From Alloascoidea hylecoeti (lineage: Eukaryota), in contig BCKZ01000022.1 in the NCBI GenBank assembly GCA_001600815.1, positions 1 to 64,000 of the forward strand: a stretch of 64,000 bases of DNA, written 5' to 3'. The stretch's first letter is position 1. Every line of letters starts with the position of its first letter. Below, piece by piece: positions 1-11,716 of the stretch. Under the pieces are notes generated by a model that saw nothing but the letters and a program-made list of their open reading frames with translations, was not told where the DNA came from and ran no database searches. Position numbers and translations under genes: made by a program.

Positions 1-247
1 GTTAATTGATGTCCTCAGATTGTATAAACACGTTGTTCTTAAACTCTTGGAAATTAAATATTAATATACTTATTATATTATATTTTTACGATACTTTCTA
101 AAATTGTGGGAATTCCTCCATATTTATTATGGAATCCCCGAAAACTATTTAGTCTATAAATAAAGTTAAACTAGATTTATTCTAATAACGATTAATATTC
201 TTTCTTTCAGTATAATTATTATATATAAGGCCTTATAATAAGGTGCT

Positions 248-592
248 TATCGATCAATTTTAGTTATATTTTTGAAATATCTATATTTATCTTCAATCTC
301 CTTTTCTTGTTTACCACTATATTTTATTTTTCTATTGGTCCATTCATTTAACTCAAAAAGATTGATTTTATTGAAATTCCTTTCCGATTTTTCTAAAGGT
401 CTAATCTTTTCTGGAGTTAAAACTTCTTATCTGAATTTTTCCCATCTTGCTTCCTCAATCTATCCTTGAGGTGCTCGGATTTCAGGCACCCCACTCTATG
501 AATTCTTCTAGGACCCTTTTTCTATGACTCTATACTCTATTCCATTGACCAGGGCCACGATTTCTTGGATATCCTGCAAAATGAATGACAAA
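248..592 (-). pseudogene. 3'-terminal fragment of a GT34 glycosyltransferase paralog
   Basis: Aligns to 9857-10201, the 3' end of the intact GT34 gene (FVIHFAGYP...RKIK). It has small indels and TGG>TAG / CAA>TAA stops. Confidence 0.9.
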
Positions 593-998
593 CTACTACT
601 AAAAAAAACTTGCTATACGAGATTGCTATAGTAGATAGAAGACTATAAAAAGAGTACGTAGATATTCCCTTTTAATAAAACTTAACGGCTAGCGCTGGTC
701 AACTACAAAATTGGTGTCGAAAGATATTTAAAATTTGAAACTTATAAATATTATTAGTCTTTTACAATAAAAGCTATAACAAAAGTACCTTTCTGATCAT
801 AAGTAATTGTACAAATTGATCTCTTAGAAAAATGGAAACGATTATAAGCTTTACGTATGCATCGAATGTAAGCTAATACAGAGTTTTATAGCTACATCGA
901 TTGCAACTTTTAAAAACGGCGAAAGAGTGAAACATTTAATGTAGTATTTGTAAGTTAACTATATAACACAATTTTAAATTTGATAATAACCTTTATGA

Positions 999-1553
999 TT
1001 AATGGGCTTTGGTTAAGTACTCATCGTTAAAAGTATAATCATATTTTTTCTCTTCTTTAGGATCAATAATATTAGCATCACTTGCTAAGCTTGATGATCT
1101 TCTATTGCGGGTACCTCGTTCATTGATACTTGGTAATTGATCTGATCCTTTAACCGATGATTTCCTCCTATTTAGCAATACATCTTCTGATTCACCGATA
1201 TCGTCGGGATTTTTTGCAACACCGATTCCAGGAATTTTTGAAGCACTTGATCGTGAATTCGGATCAAATTCATGAATGTTTTCAGGTAGCTCTTTTTGTG
1301 AAATGAAAGGTTTACCATCAAATTTATAATCAACCCCGTTTTCTTCGTCATAAGATAAAATTGAATCAACACCTGGTGAATTCGGTGAATCATTTGTACT
1401 TGGCGGCAAACTGAACCCAGCAGCGACAGATGGTCTTCTTTCGGACCTTATTGATCTAGAACGGTTTGGTTTATCGATTATAGGGACTGTGTTATCATCT
1501 GGATGAACGGAACTTGGACGACGTAGGCCATTTGAATTATTGGTTGGGGTCAT
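999..1553 (-). CDS. Hypothetical hydrophilic, probably disordered protein with several RRxS (PKA-type) motifs
   Basis: Clean ATG-to-stop ORF of 184 aa containing RRPSS, RRPSV, RRKSS and RRSSS. No recognised domain. Confidence 0.7.
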   Translation of the reverse strand: MTPTNNSNGLRRPSSVHPDDNTVPIIDKPNRSRSIRSERRPSVAAGFSLPPSTNDSPNSPGVDSILSYDEENGVDYKFDGKPFISQKELPENIHEFDPNSRSSASKIPGIGVAKNPDDIGESEDVLLNRRKSSVKGSDQLPSINERGTRNRRSSSLASDANIIDPKEEKKYDYTFNDEYLTKAH

Positions 1554-1730
1554 TTTTCTAAATCTTAAAGAAATATGAATATAAATTAGATGGATTGATT
1601 AATATTAATGTTATACCATAATTAGTAACTCGTAAACGCGTATAATTACGTAGTGGTCAATTCCGTCACGATGCATTTAATTTATCTTTCCTTATTTGAT
1701 TTTATGCATATGCAGCAGAACTGTTTTTTT

Positions 1731-2642
1731 TTAACCAAAACCAGACCACTCAATCGAAAAGCATACCATTTCTTGATCAACTTCATTATTGAGTATTTTC
1801 TCTTCATTACCTTTCAGTATCCTTTTGGCACCTATTAACCATAATTTCTTAACAGCAGTTCCTAATCTTGCTCCTCCTACAATATCTAACACTTTAATAT
1901 CTTCATCCCAACCATATCTATTCACAATCTGATGAGAATAATACCTCAATGGATCTCCAGGGTATGATATAAATTGTCCACCAAATCTTAACCCAGAAGA
2001 TGAAGAACAACCCAATGAATATAAATATTTGAATATATCATATGATTCTGCTGTTGGATGTTGCCATTTTGTTATTCTTCTTTGTTTGGCTTCAGCTGAT
2101 CCGTATTGTGATTGAAATAAATTAAAGTTTGGTAAAAACTCGGTAGTTGGCTCTATAACATATGATATAGCAGCTTGTAATGTATATTTATCTGTTTTCT
2201 TCTCTATATTTGTAGCAACTTCATTACTGGAAGTCTCATTTTCATTTTTTGTTGAATCAGTTTTCTTATCTTTCTTAACATGAATTTTCCTTTTAATTGA
2301 TTGGGTCTCCATATATTGCTTAACCTGAACATCCCAAACTTCTTGTTTCTTAGTTTTAATATATTCTAAATCTTCCTTAGATAATAAACTAGATATAGTT
2401 TCATGTAATTCAAAATCAATAATAACATAAGCAACTTTTAATTCAATAACCAATAAATATATTTCTTCTGACATTAATTCAACAGGTAATCCTAAAAAAA
2501 TGTTTTGTTGTGGTACAGATGGTAATGTACCAGTATTTGTACCATAGATATGATATTTACATCTTAATGTTTTAAGATCTGACAATGAAAATATAAATCC
2601 TCGGGTTCCAATGATATGAATTGGAATTAATACTTCATTTAT
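1731..2642 (-). pseudogene. SEN34: tRNA-splicing endonuclease subunit Sen34, probably a defective copy
   Basis: Motifs GTLPSVPQQNIFLGLPVEL, GLRFGG-F--YPGDPLR and ARLGTAVKKLW. Homology continues upstream of the ORF-track TTG start (NEVLIPIHIIGTRGFIF) with no in-frame ATG: ATA at 2640-2642, then a TAA near 2670. The catalytic-His position reads TAT (1938-1940). Confidence 0.8.
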
Positions 2643-3191
2643 TGTTATTTGATCTTCTCTTTTTAAATTTTATTTTCTATTTTGTTGGTTAACAACAATT
2701 TGAAAAACATCCGGTTAATTAAATAGATCTACAGAAGTTAATATCGACCATTTGATGATACATTCGCCCACAAAATTTATACGTATAGCCTATATGAATC
2801 AGGTAAATTGCCATTAAGGATAAATAATGAAAACCTCTCATTAATTATGACAATACGTTTTTTCATTCACAATTCATGTTAAGATCTAGGTATTTTGAAA
2901 AATAATATTTCATCTTTCTTCTTGTATGTACTATCTTTTACAATTGGATATTCATCTTTTCCTTAGGACCTATAGCTCGTTTCATTCAATATATCATCCT
3001 CCTAAATATAATTTACGTAGAAATATTAAAAGACAAGAAATCTCTATAAACTAATTAAAGTTTTTTTGGTCGTCCTCTGGAACTCAAGAAATTCAAATTG
3101 GAAATTCGGAATTGTGTGTATTCAATCAATCTAATTTTGATTTAGCGAAAAATACAATTCAGAAATATTTATTATATAGCTATGCTATTAT

Positions 3192-5174
3192 TTATTTATA
3201 AATTGGAATATTGACAAAATATTTACCAATAAAAACAAAATCCAATTTATTATCAACGATTAAAGTTTGAAGCAAATCTTTACCTGGTATTTCAATAAAT
3301 CTCCATTTTTCAATTTCAATATCATAAAGTATAAGATATTCGATACGTTCAACATCCAAAATTACATCATCAAATGGATCAATATTATCTCCAAGGTAAT
3401 ATTGAACTTTTAATGCTATATTATTATTATTCCAAAAGTATGGATAAACTCTGATTCCCTGTATTTCAAAATTAGGATATTTAATGTCTATTGAAGGTTT
3501 AAGTGTATCAATTTTAGGAGTTTCCAATATAACTTTCCAATCGTAATTATCGTAATTATTATCATTATCATACAAATTAAAGTTATAGCTTTTATCTGAT
3601 GTATCTAAAAATATTGAATTAAAAGATTCAACATTAATTTTTAAATTATCTTCAATATTGTTATCATTGTTAATCATATTTAAAAATTTTATAATTGGAA
3701 TCCATAATAATTGAAAGTTATCAACACGTTTGTAATTATGCATATTTTTCCAAATATAATTAATTTGAAATAAATTTGAACCAATCATGATAATTTGAGG
3801 AAAAAAGAGATGGGTATTGTTTGTAAAAGTGTCAAGTAGCAGTTCCATTCGAAATCTTTGTATCCCATGCCAATAGGTATTTAAATCATAATTGATTTTA
3901 TAGTTACCCAAATATTCACCATTTGTAGTTCTGAATATTAACCAGAAGTAATTATTATAACCAGCTTGTACTTCATAATAACTACATATCATTATTGGGA
4001 TTAAAGTATAAAAATCTGATACTTGGATTTTTAAAAAAGTTGGAATTGATAAAAACTCTTCAACTTCAAGATCATCAGACCTTATTTGCTTCTTTTTCAA
4101 TTGAATTTTAACCTGCCAAACCATTGTTGATTGTAATTTGTTATCCACATCACTATTTTTCTTATAACAATTTAAAATTATAGGTCTTGATGGATAATTA
4201 TAATTTGGAACATTAGTTGATATTAGATATTTTCCAGCAGTATTATCATTAATTTTTAAAAATTTCTCAGGTGTGAATAAATCTCCGTATTGCAATGCAT
4301 TAGAATTTTTTTCTCGTTGTTTTCTTTTTTTATAAAGGATGTTAAATAATATAGGATCATAAAATTTTTTATTACAATTCCAAGGTGATGGTTCTGAATA
4401 TAATTTCTCATGAAAATTTACTGGTAATCTCCAATTACTATAATTATTAACAGTTGTTTCAGATTCCATGGANATTGTATTTTCCCAATTAAATTGATTT
4501 AAAGGTTTATTAATTAATGCANAAGTTTGTGGGAATTTTGAATATAATTTATTGATAGATNTATTTGATTTTGAATCGGATTGAAAATAAACACTTGAGA
4601 CACCANTATNACTGGACCAGTCATTGATTAATGGAATTATTTGNATCACACATTCATCATCAATATCATTTTCATTTATATTATCGTCNTTCTCAATGAT
4701 AGTATTTTCAATAGATGATAAATCAAAAAGTCCAACAACTGGGTAGTTTAAAGAACTACAATCATAGTACTCTTGGTTGGTTAGAATGGGGTATTCAGTC
4801 GCCCCATANCTATCANNANAATTCNGAANAACTTTATTTTGCCATAGAGTGAATGGTACTTTTTCGTTATGGATTTCTTTAAAAATTGGTACTTCAAGTA
4901 TATCAGGATCAAATAAATTCACGATCTTAACATCTCCATTGTTTAAATTCTTGATCATTTCTTTATGTTTGTTTTTCAATGATTTGATGGATTTTCTTTG
5001 ATTTCCTTTAGTGAAAGAATCCAGTATAACAGTAGCATATTGTTTATTACTATAGTTCTGTTTATACAAGGTGAAAAGGAGTTTACATGTCTTGAAGAAT
5101 CTGAATGCATCTACTGGAGTAAGCTTCTCTGTGATAAGAATGATGGTCTCTTCAGGTAGATTTATGATTTGCAT
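3192..5174 (-). CDS. F-box protein, lineage-specific C-terminus
   Basis: N-terminal F-box signature IINLPEETIILITEKLTPVDAFRFFKTCKLL in a 660 aa ORF. Scattered N bases at about 4470-4830. Confidence 0.8.
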   Translation of the reverse strand: MQIINLPEETIILITEKLTPVDAFRFFKTCKLLFTLYKQNYSNKQYATVILDSFTKGNQRKSIKSLKNKHKEMIKNLNNGDVKIVNLFDPDILEVPIFKEIHNEKVPFTLWQNKVXXNXXDXYGATEYPILTNQEYYDCSSLNYPVVGLFDLSSIENTIIEXDDNINENDIDDECVXQIIPLINDWSSXXGVSSVYFQSDSKSNXSINKLYSKFPQTXALINKPLNQFNWENTXSMESETTVNNYSNWRLPVNFHEKLYSEPSPWNCNKKFYDPILFNILYKKRKQREKNSNALQYGDLFTPEKFLKINDNTAGKYLISTNVPNYNYPSRPIILNCYKKNSDVDNKLQSTMVWQVKIQLKKKQIRSDDLEVEEFLSIPTFLKIQVSDFYTLIPIMICSYYEVQAGYNNYFWLIFRTTNGEYLGNYKINYDLNTYWHGIQRFRMELLLDTFTNNTHLFFPQIIMIGSNLFQINYIWKNMHNYKRVDNFQLLWIPIIKFLNMINNDNNIEDNLKINVESFNSIFLDTSDKSYNFNLYDNDNNYDNYDWKVILETPKIDTLKPSIDIKYPNFEIQGIRVYPYFWNNNNIALKVQYYLGDNIDPFDDVILDVERIEYLILYDIEIEKWRFIEIPGKDLLQTLIVDNKLDFVFIGKYFVNIPIYK

Positions 5175-6739
5175 GATGGTTAGAATTCAGAATCTAGGGC
5201 CTACCTCCTTAGTATAACACTATTGACTTACTAGTATCTAGTAAAAACTCTTTACCTAACTATAGTAGTATTTATGTTGGAGTTTAGAGAGATATAAATA
5301 TTTAAAGGGAATTTATAATTGGCTTGAGTTAACATTAGTTTTTTTGACTAATAATGATACATTTATTCCACTTAATGTAGGCCATGCTGGTTACTAATTA
5401 TCGGCAGGATTATCGCCTGTATGAGTTCGTAATACTCTCCGTTAATTAATATGCAGGGGTATGGAACAACTTCTGCCAAACCAGGGCGAACTCATGAAGA
5501 ATGATCGAAATTAAGTAGATCAATTGTCAAAACCCCAATCCAATTCCTTATTCAATGACCAATCCAGTCATATTACCTTTCGATATGTGACAGAATGCAT
5601 TAAAAATGGTGTTAGACTCTTTATTATTCTTGCTTACACTAAAAAGAAGTTGAATAAGCTTGCAATTGTAACAAATCACATCAAGGGGAAACTTGATTAT
5701 CTCAGATGTCCACCACATTGCTCTCTTCTTGGAATAAGAAAAGAATGTAAAATAACTGATTGACTATAATTAGATGAATGTTCAGATGTAAACTACAAAT
5801 CTATATAAATGTCTATTTTTCTACTTTTTCTATAATACATATAAATTCAAAGAAAAATACATTTAAGGAGTCATATCATTATAGTAAAAGTTGTATAGCA
5901 ACATACTTAAATCTTATATATTTTGAAAGATATATAACAGATCACATTTATATCTTATAGGACACAAATAATGATGATAAATTAAATACTATCTATTATT
6001 ACATATTTAACGGCGTTCTTGAAGTTTAAGAATTGGTTAACAGACACCTTAACGTATACAGTTTTGGTATCGAGTTTACTATCTTATTGAACTATCAGTC
6101 TTTATGGTTATATGGAATCATTTTTAATCTGAATTTGAACATTCAAATATATCAAGCTACAAAAAGAGAGCGTGTATAGTTATTCATCTAATATTAATTA
6201 TTTGTTTTGTTTATTATCGGTACTATCAATTAGATGCAACATTAAATACCTTTAGCTTTAGTTGCGTAGTCAGTACTGGCGAATATCTAGTGTATTATGT
6301 GCTGGAATATTTAGCCTAATAATTGGCCTAAAGTAAGTGGAAACACAGCATCTTTATTTCCTTACAACCCCATGGAAGAAATCTCACACTACAAACATAA
6401 AATACAAAAAGAAAATTTTGAATAATGATTATGAATAACGATATTGAGTGGATTTTATTGGAAGTACATATGTATAATATTTTATCTTCGTTGCTGGTTT
6501 ATAATTAGTTGCTGCAACAGAACAATGGGGATCTGGGTATGCTGAGCTTAAGCACTAACTCGTCCGACTATGCCATCTACGGTATAGGTGTTTAAAATGA
6601 TGTAGAATTATTAAAGGAGATGTATGCTATATAAGAGAGTTTGTACTTGAGATTGAAAAAAATGAAGCGAGGAATTTTATTCTAAATGATAAAACAGTAT
6701 GTAAAAATTAAGTACAATCAACTAAAATTCCAGATTGTT

Positions 6740-8140
6740 TTAACCAATATCTTTTAACAATTTCACCAGTTCACCTTCTGTAAAAATATTTTCAATATCA
6801 TTTCGATCTTGACTCATTACTGAGGCTGTTGTTTTCATTGATACAAGTGCGACTTTTTTTCTAAATTCTGGTGAATTAATAATTATCTCAGCAATTGTAC
6901 TCTGTTCTCTTAATCTTAAATTTTTTTGAAATGGTGCTTCAGTATCCCAATATTGGAGAACATGTTGAGTAAACTCAGATCTTCGAAAAAAGGTCTCCCC
7001 TGTATTAATTTCGTAATCATCTTGACCAAATATGAAATCCATATTATAAATATCTTCATCTGTTATTTCTGGAATTGGTGGGTAATCTTTTGGATCCAAT
7101 CCAACTGATTCCATCAAACTTTCTGAATTATAGAACTCATTTTCTCCATCTTCAACTGGCCATGGAGCAAGGCCATATATTTGACCTACATAACTTTGTC
7201 GATCTCTAACAAATGGCTTGAAATACGATAACCTATTCTTTAAAGCCTTTGGATGCAATAAATATTCGGCAAGGTCAACTTCATAATCCATGATAATAAC
7301 ATCAATATCTAATAAATAGACCCATTCAACATCTGGGAAATCATCAAACACTCTTCTTAAAGCTTTTATTTTGCTCCAATATTTTTCTCTATCACTTGGA
7401 ATATCAATATATGTTAAATTATACCATGCATTAATGTAACCATGATAATCACAATATTCTTGTCTATTTTGATAGACTTGCTCAAACATATTTGGTTGTT
7501 TACTACCTCTGCCATCAGTTGATGATAAAATTGCAATTTTTGCACCTGATGGTTCTAATTTCCCAGTTTTGGGGTCTAAATCTTTATCGGTGAATTGAAC
7601 AGGTATCAAATTTCTTAAAAAATCTCTTAAAACAGCCCTTCTATTAATTCTATCAAATTTAAACTTTTTGGACATTTCATAATCATTACCCTGTTTACTT
7701 GCAATTTCAGCTTCTTTTTTCATTATCGGTGTACATTTCATTCTCAGTTGCAAAAAATTCTGTTGAGGAGGAAGAGAATGATTCCATTTTCCGAACATAT
7801 ACATCATTATCCCTAAACACAGAAATGCCAGAATAAATTTCACTAAAACAATAGTATAAAATACCAATCGATAAGAAAACCGATATGAATGGTGGTATTT
7901 TCCTAATGTTAGCTGTAGTTAAATTATTTTTGAAAACATTTGCAGATTTTGTATAACTATGAACATAGTTATTTGCAACTTGTAATATCATTACTGTTAT
8001 CGCGATCAATTGTAATTAATCTCACCAAGAAAGATAAACCGGAAATTGTCATTAATCTGCAGATTAATAGGATAATTGTATGATTATGATTATATAATGG
8101 TTGAAAAAGAGAAATAGTATTATTCTTTGTTAATTATTAT
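6740..8140 (-). pseudogene. 5' and central part of a GT34 paralog; internally deleted, frameshifted, 3'-truncated
   Basis: About 6789-7724 appears identical to 10221-11156. About 7725-8140 is a diverged match to 11410-11860, including upstream sequence. The N-terminal ORF (7707-8009) is out of frame with the catalytic part. Homology stops at ...IFTEGE. Confidence 0.88.
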
Positions 8141-9856
8141 CTCAAAAATTCTGTAAGACTGTTGTATTGTTTTAATATGGAAAGGTATAATATAGCGGAG
8201 TTGGTTATTTAGGTTGGGATAGGGTTAATACATAAATTGACGACCTAACAGTTATATTTGTGTCTCTACATTAGACTGGTCCATTACTAAGTTTATAGCA
8301 TAGTAGCTAATAGTATGAAGTTTTACACTATAAGAAAGATTAGATTATATAAAAGAGTAAATTATCCTATCTAAATGGGATATCAGTCAAATTACTATTC
8401 ATAAGTTATTATTATTCATTTTCATCAATTCATTTCTGCTATAGTTAATACCTAACATTTATTACCACAAGACCAATATATATTCTTACTCCTATACGCG
8501 TATAGTACGCCATATGCTCTAACGATATGATTCATCAGGTTTGTTTCATAAACAAGTGCAACAGAAACCTAATACATAATAATAATATTAAAGTTATTTA
8601 TTTAGGATGGGATTGGTTTAATCTATGAATTAATGGCATATCAGATATTTAAATTTGTGTTATATAAGTTTCCTGAGTAGTAATAGCATAAGTAAAATTA
8701 GACTATAAGATATTATAGAAAGTAGATATGGTATCCCAATATAAATAAAAATCATTAACTAATTATAACAGTTCCAAGAGGAAAATTTTAGATCTTATTT
8801 TCTTTCTATGGTTCGCGTTAGTTACAATAAGCAACTTGAAAGAGAATCAAAAAACTTTCAATAACCCTCGCGGAAAAAGTAACCACACGTACATCACCAA
8901 AATCACTTCCATATACATATTAAAGACAATAGAAGATAGATAAATGGCAAACTTGAATCCTGTCGTTTCAAATTAATTCTTGAAATTCTCTGTCAAATTA
9001 TTTGTCCCTTTTTCTTAACTGTGTAGGACTCCATACTTCCCTGCCTTACAAATATAGTTATTATGATTCTTAAATAGATGAATGCATGCATATGTATGCT
9101 GGTATATTTCCGTATGCAATATGTACAGTTGCAGTTGCATATATATATTCTCAGGAGACAAAATTGAAAGTTAGTATAATTATAAACTATGTACCGATTA
9201 TAATATAATTTAAGTGTACAAGTTTTATACGGAAGTTTGATATATTTATATTTTGCTTCAACTATCTATTCCCTATCATCACTATCGTCATTCTTTAATT
9301 CTTCAACATAGAACGTGGAGGTCCAACCTTGAGGATTGGGCACATATACCATAATAACAATGGTCACACATAAGAAAATGTCGCTTTAAGTTTGAATGTA
9401 GTCCCAAATATTTTACTATTTATATGCATAAGAGCATATGTAGCTTTTTTAAGAGCTCTAAATTTTACAAGTATAAAGCTTAAGAAACAGCGGTGTATAC
9501 GGTATACATATATGTAATGTTTTTCAGAAATTGTCATAAACACATATGGATTTACATTTGGCCTCCTTTTCTCGGGTTCACTAAAAAATTAAGTAGTATT
9601 ATAAATGGGAATTATATGAACATCATTTATAACAGATTCATTCAATTCAACACGGTAATGAACTATTCGCTTTATAGATATATGTCTTATGGATTTATTT
9701 CGTCAAATACTAATTATATTATTAAATGATAAGCTAGAACGTTCCTTATTTTTTACAAAGTACATGTTATTATTTCCAAAAGAAAAGAACGTTACAATTA
9801 TGTATGAACTCGCTGATTTTAATTTTAATTCTTTCTTTAATTTGTATGACAATTGA

Positions 9857-11716
9857 TTATCGATCAATTATATCTTTGAGATATCCATATTTATCTTCAA
9901 TCTCCTTTTCTTGTTTACCTCTATATTTTATTTTTCTATTGGTCCATTCATTTAACTCAAAAAGATTGATTTTATTGAAATTCCTTTCCGATTTTTCTAA
10001 AGGTTTAATCTGTTCTGGAGTTATGGTCTCTTCTTGTCTCATTTCTTTCCAAAATGCCGGCTCAGTCCATCCTTGAGGTGCTCGGATTTCAGGCACCCCA
10101 CTCTTTCTGAATTCTTCTGGGACCCTTTTTCTATGACTCCATAATCTATTCCATTGACCAGGGCCACGATTTCCTGGATATCCTGCAAAATGAATGATAA
10201 AATCACCTTCTGAAAAATTGTTTTCAATATCATTTCGATCTTGACTCATTACTGAGGCTGTTGTTTTCATTGATACAAGTGCGACTTTTTTTCTAAATTC
10301 TGGTGAATTAATAATTATCTCAGCAATTGTACTCTGTTCTCTTAATCTTAAATTTTTTTGAAATGGTGCTTCAGTATCCCAATATTGGAGAACATGTTGA
10401 GTAAACTCAGATCTTCGAAAAAAGGTCTCCCCTGTATTAATTTCGTAATCATCTTGACCAAATATGAAATCCATATTATAAATATCTTCATCTGTTATTT
10501 CTGGAATTGGTGGGTAATCTTTTGGATCCAATCCAACTGATTCCATCAAACTTTCTGAATTATAGAACTCATTTTCTCCATCTTCAACTGGCCATGGAGC
10601 AAGGCCATATATTTGACCTACATAACTTTGTCGATCTCTAACAAATGGCTTGAAATACGATAACCTATTCTTTAAAGCCTTTGGATGCAATAAATATTCG
10701 GCAAGGTCAACTTCATAATCCATGATAATAACATCAATATCTAATAAATAGACCCATTCAACATCTGGGAAATCATCAAACACTCTTCTTAAAGCTTTTA
10801 TTTTGCTCCAATATTTTTCTCTATCACTTGGAATATCAATATATGTTAAATTATACCATGCATTAATGTAACCATGATAATCACAATATTCTTGTCTATT
10901 TTGATAGACTTGCTCAAACATATTTGGTTGTTTACTACCTCTGCCATCAGTTGATGATAAAATTGCAATTTTTGCACCTGATGGTTCTAATTTCCCAGTT
11001 TTGGGGTCTAAATCTTTATCGGTGAATTGAACAGGTATCAAATTTCTTAAAAAATCTCTTAAAACAGCCCTTCTATTAATTCTATCAAATTTAAACTTTT
11101 TGGACATTTCATAATCATTACCCTGTTTACTTGCAATTTCAGCTTCTTTTTTCATTTTATTGATTTGATTTTCAAGAAAATGGTCTAATTGAGCTTCTTC
11201 CTCAAAAGTCATAACTAAATTATTTTTGATTTCTGCAAGTGTATCAGGAAGAATATAATCATATATTGGATCTCTGAAATATGTTGCATATAATTCTGTT
11301 ATATTTACAATTGATTCCTCTGAAATTGCATGATATTTTGATTTTGTTAACGGATGATTTAAGTCTTTAATATTTTCGACTTGCAATTGATTTAACTTCG
11401 ATTTTTTATTATCTGCATCTAATTCCATTTCAAAAGATTTTGTTGAAGAGGAAGAGTGATTTCTATAAGATGCAGGTTCAGTTCTAGATCTCGGTATACC
11501 ATTATTTCTAAAATCAGAAATGTCAGAATAAGCGTCACTAAAATAATAGGATATAACACCAATGAATAAGAAAACCAATATAAATGATGCTAAAAATAAA
11601 TAATAGGCATATGGTCTTTTCTTAGCTGTAGATAAATTATGTTTGAAAAAGTTTCCAAAATTTTTATAACTATGAACATAGTTATCTGCAATCGGTAACA
11701 TCATTACTGTTATCAC
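9857..11716 (-). CDS. GT34-family (Mnn10/Mnn11/Gma12-like) Golgi glycosyltransferase, type II membrane protein
   Basis: N-terminal transmembrane segment, NRQEYCDYHGY, WSKIKAL, WVYLLDIDVII (DxD), INTG and GDFIIHFAG. The true start is probably one of the two adjacent ATGs near 11704. Confidence 0.9.
   Translation of the reverse strand: MITVMMLPIADNYVHSYKNFGNFFKHNLSTAKKRPYAYYLFLASFILVFLFIGVISYYFSDAYSDISDFRNNGIPRSRTEPASYRNHSSSSTKSFEMELDADNKKSKLNQLQVENIKDLNHPLTKSKYHAISEESIVNITELYATYFRDPIYDYILPDTLAEIKNNLVMTFEEEAQLDHFLENQINKMKKEAEIASKQGNDYEMSKKFKFDRINRRAVLRDFLRNLIPVQFTDKDLDPKTGKLEPSGAKIAILSSTDGRGSKQPNMFEQVYQNRQEYCDYHGYINAWYNLTYIDIPSDREKYWSKIKALRRVFDDFPDVEWVYLLDIDVIIMDYEVDLAEYLLHPKALKNRLSYFKPFVRDRQSYVGQIYGLAPWPVEDGENEFYNSESLMESVGLDPKDYPPIPEITDEDIYNMDFIFGQDDYEINTGETFFRRSEFTQHVLQYWDTEAPFQKNLRLREQSTIAEIIINSPEFRKKVALVSMKTTASVMSQDRNDIENNFSEGDFIIHFAGYPGNRGPGQWNRLWSHRKRVPEEFRKSGVPEIRAPQGWTEPAFWKEMRQEETITPEQIKPLEKSERNFNKINLFELNEWTNRKIKYRGKQEKEIEDKYGYLKDIIDR

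Noticed and set aside
593..6770. The block as a giant intron with nested genes (minus strand ends in TTTTTTTTAGTAGTAG; a GTGAAA donor would give an in-frame join)
   Set aside because: The donor does not match the GTA(A/T) donors in this window, there is no clear branch site, and both gene halves carry their own stops or frameshifts.
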